Source of the DNA: the human T2T-CHM13v2.0 reference genome, Homo sapiens
DNA: 64,000 bases
Direction of reading: 5' to 3'
NCBI GenBank assembly: GCA_009914755.4
Contig: CP068257.2
Span: forward strand, 27,264,001-27,328,000
A program made the translations under genes and the position numbers. Below the pieces are notes generated by a model. That model was not told the DNA's origin. It saw only the letters and a list, made by a program, of their open reading frames with translations, and did not search any database. Below, piece by piece: positions 43,976 through 59,425 of this stretch; positions within the stretch are counted from its first letter, which is position 1, and every line of letters begins with the position of its first letter.

Positions 43976-44524
43976 TGAGTCTCAAATAGTTTAAGTTTAA
44001 AACTCTAAGTCACATAGCTAATAGCAGGCAAAGCAGAGATTCAGACCAATCCAACCCTGACTGACTTGCTGCCTTGGAGCCCACAAGTAATATACCTCTG
44101 GTTGCTTTGGGTCAAAAATTACACTAATTCCCTCTGAATCTGCTACTATTTAATGCATTACTCTCACAATATTCACACAGTATGTTTTAGAAATAATCTA
44201 ATTATAACCAAAAAAGACCAAAATAATTGTCATTAACAGATAAAACCTGAAAGGGCTGTGCTGCAAATATTACAATAAGCTAATGGAGAAGGCATTTTAA
44301 TAACAGGAGATTTGGTCACTGAATGATGCTGGTAGTCATTAAAAATCTATCATTTTACTATTCTGTCAAATAGTAGCTGGTAAGAAGAACATCTATAAAG
44401 TGTTTTAAATTATACAAAGGAACCAATTACAATCATCACTTAAAGAATGAGATTAGTAAATAGTTCTGATGCAAAAGTATGTACAAAAACCCACAAGAGG
44501 TGATGACATATCGGGTTAATTTAC

Positions 44525-44669
44525 CTCCAACCAAGCCAACATGGAGCACATGATGAAGTCCCACTCACTCTCTGCCAAAGGGGATGAGCAGTATTTCAGA
44601 AATAGGGAAAGAAACCGGATTATTTCTATATTTACACCCAGTACCTCTGGACTTGCTTCTGATAGATTA
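44525..44669 (-). CDS. LTN1: LTN1 coding exon ((C)[48 protein letters not shown])
   Basis: Acceptor tttttatctttatcacag|TAATCTATC; donor GGTTGGAG|gtaaattaacc; 145 nt; open frame across the whole exon. Confidence 0.8.
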
Positions 44670-44869
44670 CTGTGATAAAGATAAAAACAAAAGACAATAA
44701 AAGATTATATTGACATTCAATTAGAAAGTATGCTACTTTAAATCTTACATACTTATTTATAACTGACTTAAATGTCTACCATAATTTCTCTACAAAATTG
44801 TGACACAGATACGTAATCTTTGTCTGAATTGTATACTGAAGGAAAAACATAGTATAAAGTATCACCTAC

Positions 44870-45005
44870 CAACTGAAAAGAAAAATATCTTCATGCTCTT
44901 TCTTCCAGGATATTATGATTTTTAATATTCCATGTAATAGCTCTCCATCATCTATACTTTTGGTTTGCAGACAAGAATTGAAAATGGCAAGATGTCCAAA
45001 ACCTC
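44870..45005 (-). CDS. LTN1: LTN1 coding exon ((G)[43 protein letters not shown] + 2 nt)
   Basis: Acceptor aattttactttag|GAGGTTTTGG; donor TTCAGTTG|gtaggtgatac; 136 nt; only one frame is open; in-frame stop ~50 nt upstream of the acceptor. Confidence 0.8.
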
Positions 45006-46181
45006 CTAAAGTAAAATTCAAAATGAAAATTAAAAATATTTAAGAACTATATCGCTACTATTAAAAAAAAGTCCACTTTGAGAAGTAAAAGACTTTCTTG
45101 AGAAGTGTTCAGGTTAAGAACTCTAATAATGACTTTTATCTAAGAGTCAACAAATGAGCTTATAAGCTCCAAAGGGCAGAGACCCTGTCTCCAAACCCAG
45201 CACCTAGCACACAATAGAGAATTTGGGGGAGGAGAAAGAGTGAATGATGCTGTAATTTAAACTGACTTATGCTGTTTTTGTTTTGGTTTCTTAAGTGCAG
45301 GACATATTCAGCAAACTCATCATTCAAATAAAAAAAACCCTACAGCTACAGAGTAGCTGGAAACAGCAAATGGAAAATAGAACATACTGTTTCATAATTT
45401 ATACATTCATTCACTCAATAGCAGCTAGTACATGTGGTAAACTCTGATGTGGACTCACTCTTTAGAATCTCTACCATTCCTCAAAATCCATCCACTGGTG
45501 TATCTTAACACCCTCTGTCCCCAACCTTCTATCTTACATACCAGCCAAAATGAACAATCTGTACCCTTGTATGTTTTTGTGTACCTGGAATGCCCTTCCC
45601 CAACTATGTCCATATGGAAAACTATTTATCCTTCAACACCCAGTAGAAATACTTCTCTTTGTGAAATTGCCACTAACACCCTCAAAGCAGAGTGGAAACT
45701 CCTTCCTTTCTGCCACTTCTATACATAGCACATCTTTTTGCTACATCGGTTATCACATAATACAACTTTATGTTTGTCTTCTCTACAATAGGAACTACCA
45801 TGTAGCAGGTGCTCATAAATGTTTATTAAATTAATAAACAAATGAAAAGTGCAGTGTTTTAAATACAACAGACGCTATTTTTGCCTTTATATGTTCAATC
45901 ATTGATTGGCTAGGGAGAAATGAGGCACAGCTTTAAAAAGCTATAGATAGAAAAGAAATGGTTAGAAGGTATTTCTGGGCGTAAGTCTTCCCTTAAGGCC
46001 CAGCATTTTTGTACTGTAAAATGGTAACAGCCTCTGTCTAACAACACTCATCCATATAATCTCAGAACAAATCAGCTGTAATTCAATTTACCTCTGCTAG
46101 ATGTGGTCTTATATATTAGAAACAGTTCTTCATCTCAAGCAATAATTAAATTAATGAAATATTTATTATCAAGCAACTAAC

Positions 46182-46324
46182 CATTAGTGCTGCAAAGATC
46201 TTTCTTAGTCCAGCCCAAAAGAGCAGGTATACATTGAGCACTAAATTCTTTCTTTTCTTCTTTTGACAAAAATGGACATAGACTTTGAATGGTATGCAAA
46301 TTGCCTTCAGTTAGTGGAAAAAAA
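46182..46324 (-). CDS. LTN1: LTN1 coding exon ((S)[47 protein letters not shown] + 1 nt)
   Basis: Acceptor tgtgttttttttttctttaaacag|TTTTTTTCC; donor CACTAATG|gttagttgc; 143 nt. Confidence 0.8.
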
Positions 46325-46633
46325 CTGTTTAAAGAAAAAAAAAACACAAGTTAGATTTCTTCCAAACATACAGTTATTTTATATATTTCTTTTATTTAGA
46401 CTACTGAAAAAGATAGATGAATAATTCTATCACATATAATTACATAAAAAGAAACTATGATAGATTTAACAAGTGCTGACTTGATGAAATTGGTTTTTTT
46501 TGCTCCTTTTCTCTTTTCTGCATAAATTTTTTAAATGAGCATATATAACTTTTCCCCATATATGATTTTTTAAAATTATACTAGCCACATGACATTATGT
46601 CCTCTTTTAAAAAAAAAAAAAAAAGAGTCAATT

Positions 46634-46951
<318 letters not shown>

Positions 46952-46959
46952 TTAAATAA

Positions 46960-47295
<336 letters not shown>

Positions 47296-48089
47296 TGATA
47301 TTCGTATTTGTGCATATATATAGTTGGGTTTTATTCACATAAAAAGGATGACACTAAACATATTGTTCTATCATTTACCACTTACATATACTTTCTGTCA
47401 GAACATATAAATTATTCTGTTTTAAAGCTACGTAACAAAAATGAACAAAATCTACCTAACACTCCATACTATGGAGGTATCATTATTTAACTATTTCCCT
47501 ATCAGTGAACATTTAGGTTTCTCCCCTCCCCAAATTTTTGCTGTCACACATAATGCTGCAATAAATATCCTTAAGAAGATACTATTCTGTGTATGTATAA
47601 ACACCTCTTTAGGCTAAATTCCTAGAAGTGGAATTGAAAGCTCAAAGGATTTGAATGTATTATATGTTGGTGATCTCAAATTGCTTCTGAAAACACATAA
47701 TCAACTTATACTTTCACCAAATATGCACAGGTGTGACTGTGTAGCTGCACATTTAATGAATCTTTTTGATTCTCGGCAATATAGTGGATAAAACCATTGC
47801 TCTTAATTTGTACTTCTGTCATTATTAGTAAGGCAAATCCTTTCATATTTCACATTTCAGTATTGAGCTACCTTTGACCATTTCATCTATGAATTGCCTC
47901 TTTAAGTCTTTGATAAATTTTCCAATTTGGAGGGTTTTACTGATTTATATAAACTATATGTAGATAGTTTTTTGTTGATTTGCAAATGTCATCTCCCATT
48001 TTGTCATTTGTCCCTGTAATCTTTATATTTTGTCGCAGTTTTCATCTTTCAGAAATACTATATAAAAAATTTTAACTGTCATAAAATAC

Positions 48090-49557
<1,468 letters not shown>

Positions 49558-50410
49558 TAAATGACATAATTACAAAGAGAGAGAACAGATTAGTGGTTGC
49601 TAGAGATTAGGACAATGGGAAGGGGAAGGGAGGTGGCTGAGGCTATATATGGATAACGCAAGGGATCCTGATAATGAAACTGTTCTGGACTTGACTGTGG
49701 TGGTGGTCACAGATGTGAGCTACACAGAACACACGCACACTCTGTCTCTCACACACACAAACATACACAAACATGTGCATGTAAACTAAGTCAACTGACT
49801 GTATCAATGCCTTTTCCTTGGTTGTAATACTATCTAAAGTTATGCAAAACAGTACCACTGGGTAGATGTATGATTTATTCTTTGTATTACTTCTTACACA
49901 TTCATGTGAATCTACAATTACCTCAAAATAAAAAGTTTTTTAAAACTTTTAAGATAAAAAACAGTCAAAATTTAATTTAGAATTCTACTATGCCAGAACA
50001 TGTATCTATCATTTCAGAATTCTTCTTGGTAAATCAGTAAATTCAAAATGCCTCTTGGTAAATCTCAGCTAAGTATTAATTTGAATGCTGAGCTTCACCA
50101 GCACACCCAAACCCACAATCTACTTCTTTGTCTTAAGAACAGACACATTTGTTACATTTCTAGAATATATTTCAATAGGATGATGTTATTTAAGAGAAGA
50201 GTAACTTTCCCTATCACTTCCATATAGCAAATAAAGTGATGGAAAAAGAGTATTAGGAAAGGGCAAAAGAAAAGATTTCTATCAGAAAGATTTCTGGGGA
50301 AAAGAAAACAAGTTCATGAAATGCTGTTGGCTTAAAAAAAAAAGTACAGTATAAAATTCTACAACAAAAGGCTATAGAGTTAAAACTATTTACTTTAAAA
50401 AAAAGGTGTC

Positions 50411-50712
50411 GGCCAGACATGGTGGCTCACACCTGTAATTCCAGGCCTTTGGGAGGCTGAGGCAGCAGGACTGCTTGAGCCCAGGAATTCAAGACCAGCC
50501 TGGGCAACCTGGCAAGACACCATCCCTACAAAATTAAAAAATTAGCCAGGTGTGGTAGTGCACACCTGTGGTCCCAGTTACTCAGGAGGGTGTGGTGGGA
50601 GGATCACTTGACCACAGGAGGTTGAGGCTACAGTGAGCCATGTTCGCATCACTGAACTCCAGCCTGGGCAACAGAGTGAGACCCTGTCTCAAAATAAATA
50701 AATAAATAAATT
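50411..50712 (+). mobile_element. Alu SINE with (AAAT)n-rich tail
   Basis: cggccagacatggtggctcacacctgtaattccaggcctttgggaggctgaggcagcaggactgcttgagcccaggaattcaagaccagcctgggcaac...gagaccctgtctcaaaataaataaataaataaatt. Confidence 0.9.
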
Positions 50713-50880
50713 CAAAGGTATGTCCCTAACCTAAAACAATTTAATTTGCCTTGAAGTCGTTAATTTCCTCATTTCCTAAACCTGTTTTCTTGATTCATTA
50801 GAAATTATTCATTAATTAGGGGTTGCCAAAGTGACCGATTACAGTAAACTACAAAGTAAAAACATTTTAAATAAGAATAC

Positions 50881-50985
50881 CTTTCTTTTCTCTTATAATG
50901 TGGTTTTACTTCATCAGATGAAATGCTTCGGGAAAGGATCAACTTAGCAATAATAAGAGACCACAGTGTGCCATGTTCTCTGGAC
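50881..50985 (-). CDS. LTN1: LTN1 coding exon ((R)[34 protein letters not shown] + 2 nt)
   Basis: Acceptor ttctttcctttttcag|GTCCAGAGAAC; donor GAAAAGAAAG|gtattcttattt; 105 nt; single open frame. Confidence 0.8.
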
Positions 50986-51937
50986 CTGAAAAAGGAAAGA
51001 AAAAAATTATATTCCGTTTTGAAAGCATACTGAATAAAATGTGTAAACACTGGCTAGCTGGATTCCTTTTACAGAATTAAATAAAGCACCTTGTGATGGC
51101 ATCAATTCACCTAAGACTTTGCACCCAAGCAACTGCCAGTAATTATCCAAAGAACTGAGAGTTTCGGCTTTCAACACTCCTTCAAGGCTGGTATTGAGCT
51201 CTCTCATCCCTAGGCAACTCCACAGTCTCTTCAGTCCCAATAGGGGAGATGATCTTAGAGATTAGGCTTGAAGACCAGAGGCTGTAGCTGGGAAAAAGAC
51301 ATCTCCCAGAGGACACCTAGGCAGGCTTAAGTTGAACAATCAAAGAGGTTCTTTGGTTCTGAGGAAAGTTGTGTCAACTAAGTAGAATGCGATTGGAAAG
51401 GAAGCCTGGGTCCTCTGATACAGCAAAGCATACTCAAAATACTATCGGCAAGTGATAAACTCCTAAAAAGAAAGCAGTTCAATACAGTAATTTCAAAAAG
51501 CTAAACATCTTACTACTACAACCTCTACAAGGACTGTTTTCATACCTGCCTTCCTAATCTAGGGGAGAGGGCTTTGTGGTCATAACATTAAGACACACCT
51601 ATAACAACATGTAAGATAAAGGATGAATCTGAGAGCACTGGGAGGATGAGTCACAGATAAATCAAAACAACTTCTACAAGCTTCTACTTCTTTTTTGTCA
51701 TCTGACCCTTGTATGTATTTATGGATTTAATAAGACAGGCAGAATACAAATATCTTCCCCTGAGAAGGTTAAATCAAGTATTTAGAATTCATAAACTATT
51801 TATTATTAAGAATAGGAATTATTTAGATCAATCCTCTGACTGAAACATTAGCATGCAGTAGGGTTACCTCTTACAGAAGGCAAAGCCATAAAGAAGTAGC
51901 ATAGTCATTTTAAAAACAAATTGAAAGAGATTCTTAC

Positions 51938-52097
51938 CTGTTAAATAACAGCTGCAAAAGGCCCGACGTATTACCAAGTACACGTAAGTTATCATACGTA
52001 ATATTCATTTTTTGAAGTATTTCACAAAATCCAATTAGAAAAATAGGTGGGTTATCTAATTCTTCACACCACTGCAGTGAATAAAGCAGTTCTGCAA
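51938..52097 (-). CDS. LTN1: LTN1 coding exon ((I)[52 protein letters not shown] + 2 nt). Acceptor ambiguity: a second AG 6 nt downstream would give exon end 52091.
   Basis: Acceptor ctgtctcttcttttag|TTGCAG|AACTGC (tandem AGs 6 nt apart); donor TTATTTAACAG|gtaagaatctc; 160 nt with the first AG. Confidence 0.75.
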
Positions 52098-53897
52098 CTA
52101 AAAGAAGAGACAGCACCAAATTATGAAAAGCACTCTGTGAACAAACCCTTCAATTACTTTCACTTCTCCACCTTGTTTTCTAACACTGTTGTGCCCACTC
52201 ATCTCAAAACTCCTATGAACTGATTTTTCAAATCTGCTTTGAGATGTTCAAGGACAATGAAAACTGAGAATATTTGTCTGATACAAAATACCACCCTTTT
52301 CCCAAATTCTACTTGGTCCTTTTTCTAATTAGTTAAGAATGTGACAAGAACCTAAGTTACTAGAGATACTGAAAGAATCTTCCTACCATTTTGGCACAAT
52401 TGGTAAAAAGTTCCAGACAGGAAAAACAACTAAGGGACCCAAGACCTGAGGTGAGAAGTTCATGGCAAATGGGAGAAATGGGAGACAGTATGATACAGTA
52501 AAAGGACATGAGGCCTCAATTACAGATTGGGGTGGATTCAAATCTGCATCTCTCTCTCAAGCTATATAAATAGTTATCAATTAGGATACTACGAACTACC
52601 TCACAGGACTGCTGTGATAATTAAATGGCCAAGTATCTATCATAAAGCCTGGTATATCATAGGTTTCTAATACACAGTCACAGCTCCCTTTTATAAAGCC
52701 ATGTATAGCTTTTGGAGTCAGAAGCATTGTGACCTGGTTCAAAATCTAATCCTACACTTACCAGCTAAGCAGCTCTAATCAAGTCATGGTAACAAAAACA
52801 ACAATAATATCTGACTAATGAGCTCGATAAAATTAAAGAAATAATATTGCCAATTTGTAATTAGTAACACAAAAAATTATTACTCTACTTACTAGTTTTG
52901 GATTTGCACAGATTCACCCTGTGAGCAATGTTAAACTACAGGCTTGTTTCCTTTCCCTTAACTAAATGTGAAGGTGGCTGCCCAAAAGAGGTGTTTCAAC
53001 TTTCTTCCACAGAGCATATATTCCCCCTTCTAGTAACTGTGTTACAGCTGAGGGCTTACAAACAAGACTGATACAGGGTTTCTGCAAATTCTCTACCTTT
53101 AATACCATCTTGTAAAAGTCACTCCACCACCTATAATTCTAAACCATTTGTTGAAACAGGGAAATTTGCTGAGGCCCTAAGTCCTCTTAGGGTTCAACAT
53201 TTGAACGTCCACTTGCCAGAAAAAAAATTAGAGCCCGATGAAATACAAAAGTATTCAAAACCATTGGAATCAAAACAGCATGGTATTTGTATAAAAACAG
53301 ACACACACAGACCAATGGAACAGAACTAGAGAACCCAGAAATAAATCCACATATTTGCAGGCAATTGACAAAGTCTTCAACAAAAATGCCAAGAACATAT
53401 ATTGGGGAAAGGACATCCTCTTCAAGAAATTGTGCTAGGAAAACTGAATATTCATATGTAGAAAAGTGAAAACAGACCTCTATCTCTCACCATCTAAAAA
53501 GATCAACTCAAAATGGATTAGAGACTTAAACCTAAGAACTGAAACTATATAAAACAACTAGAAAGCATCAAGGAACGCTATAGGACATTGGTCTAGGCAA
53601 ATATTTTTATGGCTAAGACTTCAAAAGCGAAGGCAACAAAAACAGGCAAATAGGACTATGTTAAACTAAAAGCTTTCTGCACAGCAAAAGAAACAATCAA
53701 CAAAGTGAAGAGACAATCTGTAGAATGGGAGAAAATATTTGCAAACTATTCATCCAACAAGGGGCTAACATAAGGAATATATAAGGAACTCAAACAACTC
53801 AACGGCAAGAAAGGAAAAAAAAATCCCATGCTCAATATTAGTAATCATCAGGGAAATGCAAATCAAAACCCCAGTTAGAATGCCTCTTGTCAAAAAG

Positions 53898-54030
53898 GTA
53901 AGAAATAAGCTGGGAATGGTGGCACTGCTTGTAATCGCAGCACTTTGGGAGGCTGAGGCAAGAGGATTGCTTGAGCCCAGGATAAAGACCTGTCTGGGCA
54001 ACATAGTAACACCCCATCTCTAAAAAAACA
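53898..54030 (+). mobile_element. Alu monomer (FLAM/FAM-like) nested in L1
   Basis: gctgggaatggtggcactgcttgtaatcgcagcactttgggaggctgaggcaagaggattgcttgagcccaggataaagacctgtctgggcaacatagtaacaccccatctctaaaaaaacaaagacaaaaaa. Confidence 0.7.
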
Positions 54031-54363
54031 AAGACAAAAAATAACAAATGCTGGCAAGAATGCAGAGAAATAGGAACTTATATACTATTGGTAGGAATGC
54101 AAATTAGTACAGCCATTTTGGAAAACGATATGAAGTATTTCAAAAAACTAAAAATAGAACTATCACACAATCCAGCAATCCCATTGAATATTTAGAAAAC
54201 CAGTATATCAAAGGTATATCTGCACCCCTATATTTGCTGCAGCACTATTCACAATAGCTGAGATATGAAATCAACCTAAGTGTCCATCAGTGAATGAATG
54301 GATATATAAAATGTGGTACATATGCACAATGGAATACTATTCAGCCATTAAAAAAAGAATGAG

Positions 54364-54707
<344 letters not shown>

Positions 54708-55479
54708 TCATCATGCTAAATGAAATAAACCATGCACGGAAAGACAAACATCACATGTTCTAATTTGTATATGGGAGCTAAAAAAGTGGATCTCATGAAG
54801 ATAGAATAGTATAGTAGACTGATGGTTACCCTGAGAAGGGTCAGGGAGAGCAGGGGATGAAGAGAGGTCAGTGAATGGGTACCAAAATACAGTGAGAGAG
54901 AAGATATATGACCTAGTATTCAATAACACAGTAGGATGACCATAGTTAACAATGATTTATATTGCAAAATAACTAGAAGATTTGAAATGTTCTCAACACA
55001 AAGAAATGATAAATGTTTGAGGTGATGGATATCCTGCTTAGCCTGATTTGATCACTACACATTCTATGTATATATCAAAATATCACATGTACCCCATAAA
55101 TATGTAAAATTATCAGGTATCAATTTTTTTTTAATCAACAGAAAATTCTGAATCCTTGATAAAACACCAAAGCCTCACCCATTTTCTTTAGGGTATGTGC
55201 CACAGGATCTGTTTACATTGATGTCATGACAGCCTGAGTAGCTAACACCAAATTACGATCCACAGTTAACAAGATTATAGCAAGATTCCAATATATTCGT
55301 ATCTAATTTGCAATTTCACATTCACCACTTAAGTAACTTCAAGGTTCTCATCATTAAAATAGGAAAAAGAAAGCTGAAGATTCTTGAATTAAAGATTTAA
55401 ACTGCAGTATAATCAAGATTATTTCAAAATTATATTCATTCATGCATTATGTTATATGTAAATACTCATATATACTTAC

Positions 55480-55666
55480 TTATTTTCTCAAGCTCATTAT
55501 TTTCTAAGACTGTTTCCTTTCTCAGTGCAATTAAGACCATTTTGCTCAATAATGCTGAAGTACACAAATGGCTGGGAAGTGTCTTTATGTCCTGTTCCTT
55601 AAAATCTGTTTTGAAACATTCATAATTCAAACTCAATCTTCCCTCTAAAAGAGGTCTATGTAACCA
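55480..55666 (-). CDS. LTN1: LTN1 coding exon ([62 protein letters not shown] + 1 nt)
   Basis: Acceptor gtattcttttcacag|TGGTTACAT; donor GAGAAAATAA|gtaagtatata; 187 nt; open frame, phase 0 in, 1 nt out. Confidence 0.8.
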
Positions 55667-56049
55667 CTGTGAAAAGAATACGTTATATACAAAATTATTT
55701 ATTACCTAAGCAATTGAGACTGAACAAAAATGAAGTTGTGAGAATATTTATTACCAAAACCACAGAAACCTAGAAGTTTGTTTTCTTTTACAGGAAATTA
55801 TCAACATGTGTATTTCTTTAAGACTCCTTAAGTACAGAACTAGGTCCTAAGTCTTTGTACCATGCCCACTGCCACTGTCAAATGGTGTCTTGCAAAAAGC
55901 AAACATCCAGTATATGAGCATACAAAGACATCAAAGCAAAGCAAAATACTCATTTTATTTATGTTTTTCTTCCCCAAAATAAAAATATTCAAGCTTGCAT
56001 GAAATCCAAACTTCAGAATGAGATATGTACTCTTCAATTTCCAAAATAC

Positions 56050-56194
56050 CTGCATAGGAAGAGACTGCCTCATCTTTTCCCATTCACTGTCGTTCGGCAT
56101 TACACTTCCAATATAAACTCCCATAAGATAAGAATCTTCACTCTCTAGAAGTGTATTTAGCAAATCATCAACAGCAGACAAGAGGACTTGGAGA
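56050..56194 (-). CDS. LTN1: LTN1 coding exon ((S)[48 protein letters not shown])
   Basis: Acceptor ctgcattatttttag|TCTCCAAGTCC; donor CTATGCAG|gtattttgga; 145 nt. Confidence 0.8.
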
Positions 56195-56884
56195 CTAAAA
56201 ATAATGCAGAGAACTTAACTGTTGTAGTTACGCTATGACTAGTTTGAATACCCCAATACATATTAAATACCCTATAATAGCTCACCTGAACAAAAAGAAA
56301 TGATGAAAATAAAAAGAGGTAAGTGACATTCCCCCACCGATGACACACCAACATAACAGTCAAACTGGGGAGGTAATCCAATATTTATCATTTGAAATCT
56401 AGTGTTGCTTCCTATCTATCTCAGAATGAAGAGGACCTGACCTATTTCAGACCAGGTATTTCAGAAATACAGCTACCTTATGAAATGCAGCACTATTTTA
56501 CCTAAACCCAATATCCTCTAAATGCATTCTCTCTTCTCCTTTATTATATGGATTTAGGTATGAGAGGTAAAATATACTTGCAATTCAACATCTTAAAACA
56601 CTGCCTACCTGTCCCCAAAAAATAAATAACCAAGAACAATCAGTACATGTGGTGACCATGAGAGGCTACAATGCACACCAGCCTATGACAAAGGATAGTA
56701 TCACCATCACTTTACTGTCTATAAGTTATGAGTCCAGCAGGTATGTTATAGCAAATTATCCTTCAATTAACTGGCAGTTTAAATGGATGGTCATTGAAAC
56801 AAAATGGTTTTGGAAAAATTCGTTTGGGTCTTTTCATAAGAGTCCTATAGATTTGTTACCTAACAAGTCACTTTTCATTTCTCT

Positions 56885-56998
56885 TTTTTTTAAGAGATGG
56901 CATCTCACTATGTTGCTCAGGCTGGTCTCAAACTCCTGGAGGTCTCAACTGATCCTCCCACCTCAGCCTACTGAGTAGCTGGGATTATAGGGACGAGC
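56885..56998 (-). mobile_element. Alu monomer (FLAM-like, antisense) with TSD caagtca(c)tttttcat
   Basis: ttttttttaagagatggcatctcactatgttgctcaggctggtctcaaactcctggaggtctcaactgatcctcccacctcagcctactgagtagctgggattatagggacgagcc; flanks acaagtcacttttcat / acaagtcatttttcat. Confidence 0.75.
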
Positions 56999-57102
56999 CC
57001 TACAAGTCATTTTTCATAGGCACTCACACTGATCATGGAATCTAATTTAAGGACACTGTTCAAGTATAAAAGAGACACTGAAACCAAGCTCAAAAAAGGT
57101 TA

Positions 57103-57256
57103 CCTGTTGATATCCAAAGATGAAGCCTGAACTTGGTTCTTCAGCCACAGAGCAGACAAATGTAGGAAGGTACTCTCTTTATATGAACTGTCAGTTTGAT
57201 GAACCAATAAATTTACACCAGAGAGCCAAGTATTTTTCAGTTTACAGATAAGAAAA
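57103..57256 (-). CDS. LTN1: LTN1 coding exon ((D)[50 protein letters not shown] + 2 nt)
   Basis: Acceptor gttgacatcttgattttag|ATTTTCTTATC; donor GATATCAACAG|gtaacctttttt; 154 nt; phase-compatible with both neighbours. Confidence 0.75.
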
Positions 57257-58165
57257 TCTAAAATCAAGATGTCAACAGGAATTTGTAATCTCACTGAATT
57301 AACTCTCATCAGCACAAAATGTTTTAAACAACTCTACAGATCTGAGATTTTTTTAAATACCATTTAAAAAAGAAAAATTTTAAATTGCCATTCAAAATTC
57401 AATTGCCAAACAAAGCAACTGTGTCATAAACATGCAATCATACAAGCTAGCACGTATCATATAAATGTAAAATGGTAAGATTTTTAAAGTTACATTTTTT
57501 ATGCTTGAACTTATTTACAAGAGTTGTCCTTTTGGAGACATTTTTAAAAAAATTATTACACCATTTCCAAATACAGAAGTTAGTATTTAAGAAAGGGTTG
57601 GTAGCCAATGATGGGCAGAAAAAAAAGAGAGAGAGAAAGAGGAAGGAAGAAGGAAAGAAAAAAAGAAAGGAAAGAATGAAGGGTGGGAGGAGGAGAGCTC
57701 TCTATAGATAGTATTTTTTTATGTTCCTTTCACAAATAAGTCTGAATTAGCATATAAGGCAAGAATATAGTCCTTAAAAAGATAATTTCAATTCTATTTT
57801 GATATACACCAAAGATTGAATGTTTTTACTATAATAAAGGGATATTATTATCCCCCTTTTACAAATGAGGAAACTAAGACATCAAGAAATTAAGGAACAT
57901 GCCAGAACTACTGAATGGACTAAGATTCCACCTAATCAATTATGGCTCATTCCAAATTTCTTTGAATATCAAGTGAGATCTTTAGAAATAACATCTACGT
58001 ACATCTTTAACTTGCTTTCTAGAGCTGAAAGTGTTTAAGACTGTAGCCCTTTACTCAAAATGCTTTAAACTTTCAAACACATTATAATTCAATTAATAAA
58101 GCCTGGGCACTTACACTCACTATGAAGGTCAGAGCCGGAGATTCCCAACAAAACATTTGAGCAGT

Positions 58166-58405
58166 AGGCTATTACCTGGCAAATGTGTTTTTTCTTTGCT
58201 CTGAGCACATAACTGAAAGAGAGTTAATAATAAATCTTCAGATGATGGCATTAGCAAGCATCCTTTCGCTGAGCTGAAATAGTTATAGGCCACATCACAG
58301 ATAAAAGACACTGATGAGTCACTGCTTTCAGCTTCTGATAATTTCTTTGTTTTGAATAAAGTTTCATGAAGTCTAACAATGATTCTTTCAACATATACGT
58401 CTCCA
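58166..58405 (-). CDS. LTN1: LTN1 coding exon ((D)[79 protein letters not shown] + 1 nt)
   Basis: Acceptor cctttttttctccag|ATTACTTGATTGG; donor CATTTGCCAG|gtaatagccta; 240 nt. Confidence 0.85.
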
Positions 58406-58802
58406 ATCAAGTAATCTGGAGAAAAAAAGGTTCAAACAGACAAAAAATAAAAATATTAACGTGTATTTTTAAATATCTTACTTTGGATTAATAATTCTAT
58501 GGGTCTTTCCTGGATTTTAAAATGTATTAGACAAAATTTTATCAACAAATCAACACATTCTCTCACACATAAAGGCCCTCAAGTAAAAAAGGCAGTTTTA
58601 AATTAAGTAGAAAACAGAAATGGTCTACAGTTAGGGTGAGCAAGTTTGCTACACTGAAAACCCTTTAAGTCATGAGTCAACTTTATGAGCTAAAAAAAAA
58701 AAACCCTTTAGGATATAGAACTAAAAATATTAAATATCTTCTAAGTCATGGTATGAAGATTAATAAACAATTAGGGTGCTTACAATATTACGATATGTAA
58801 AT

Positions 58803-59113
58803 GAGCTGGGCGCAGCGGCTCACGCCTGTAATCCCAGCACTTTGGGAGGCTGAGGCAGACAGATCACCTGAGGTGAGGAGTTCGAGACCAGCCTGGCCAA
58901 CACAGCGAAACCCCGTCTCTACTAAAAATATAAAATTTAGCCAGGCATGGTGGCATGCACCTGTAGTCCCAACTACTTGGGAAGCTGAGGCACAAGAATC
59001 ACTTGAACTCAGATGTTGTAAGCCAAGATCACACCACTGCACTCCAGCCTAGACGACAGAGGGAGACTCAGTCTCAAAAAAAAAAAGAAAAAAGAAAAGA
59101 AAAGAAAAAAAAA
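58803..59113 (+). mobile_element. Alu SINE with A/G-rich tail
   Basis: gagctgggcgcagcggctcacgcctgtaatcccagcactttgggaggctgaggcagacagatcacctgaggtgaggagttcgagaccagcctggccaacacagcgaaaccccgtctc...ctcagtctcaaaaaaaaaaagaaaaaagaaaagaaaagaaaaaaaaaa. Confidence 0.9.
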
Positions 59114-59235
59114 AATTTGAATGAGTAAGTCCTGTTATTTTTAACCAATAACACATAAGCTGAGCCCCATGCAATCCCCCACAAAGGAGAAATGGACTAT
59201 TCCCCATTAGAAAACAAAAGCCATATTTGTCCTAC

Positions 59236-59425
59236 CATTTTTAACATGTTGGGATAATACCAAGCTTAGAAGAGTCCATCTTTCTGAGAAGTGAGATTCT
59301 GAAGATACCCTGGATTCCAAGTCCTCATTACAAAGACAATCTGCCAAGTTGACCAATTTCTCACCAAGGATATCGCCTTTGAGCCAAGGAGTTACTAAAG
59401 CATGTTTATCTGAACTAGGACATGC
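59236..59425 (-). CDS. LTN1: LTN1 coding exon ([63 protein letters not shown] + 1 nt). This is the most 5' exon I could delimit; further exons probably lie beyond 59425 or outside the window.
   Basis: Acceptor attttatggttttag|GCATGTCCTAG; donor GTTAAAAATG|gtaggacaaat; 190 nt; open frame, phase 0 in, 1 nt out (G+AT = Asp with the next exon). Confidence 0.75.

Noticed and set aside
51007-51240. 77-aa minus-strand ORF between two LTN1 exons that looked like a candidate extra exon
   Set aside because: No acceptor/donor combination in the only open frame gives the required phase (1 nt in, 2 nt out). The flanking exons 51938-52097 and 50881-50985 join in frame directly (AG+G = Arg), so it is most likely intronic.
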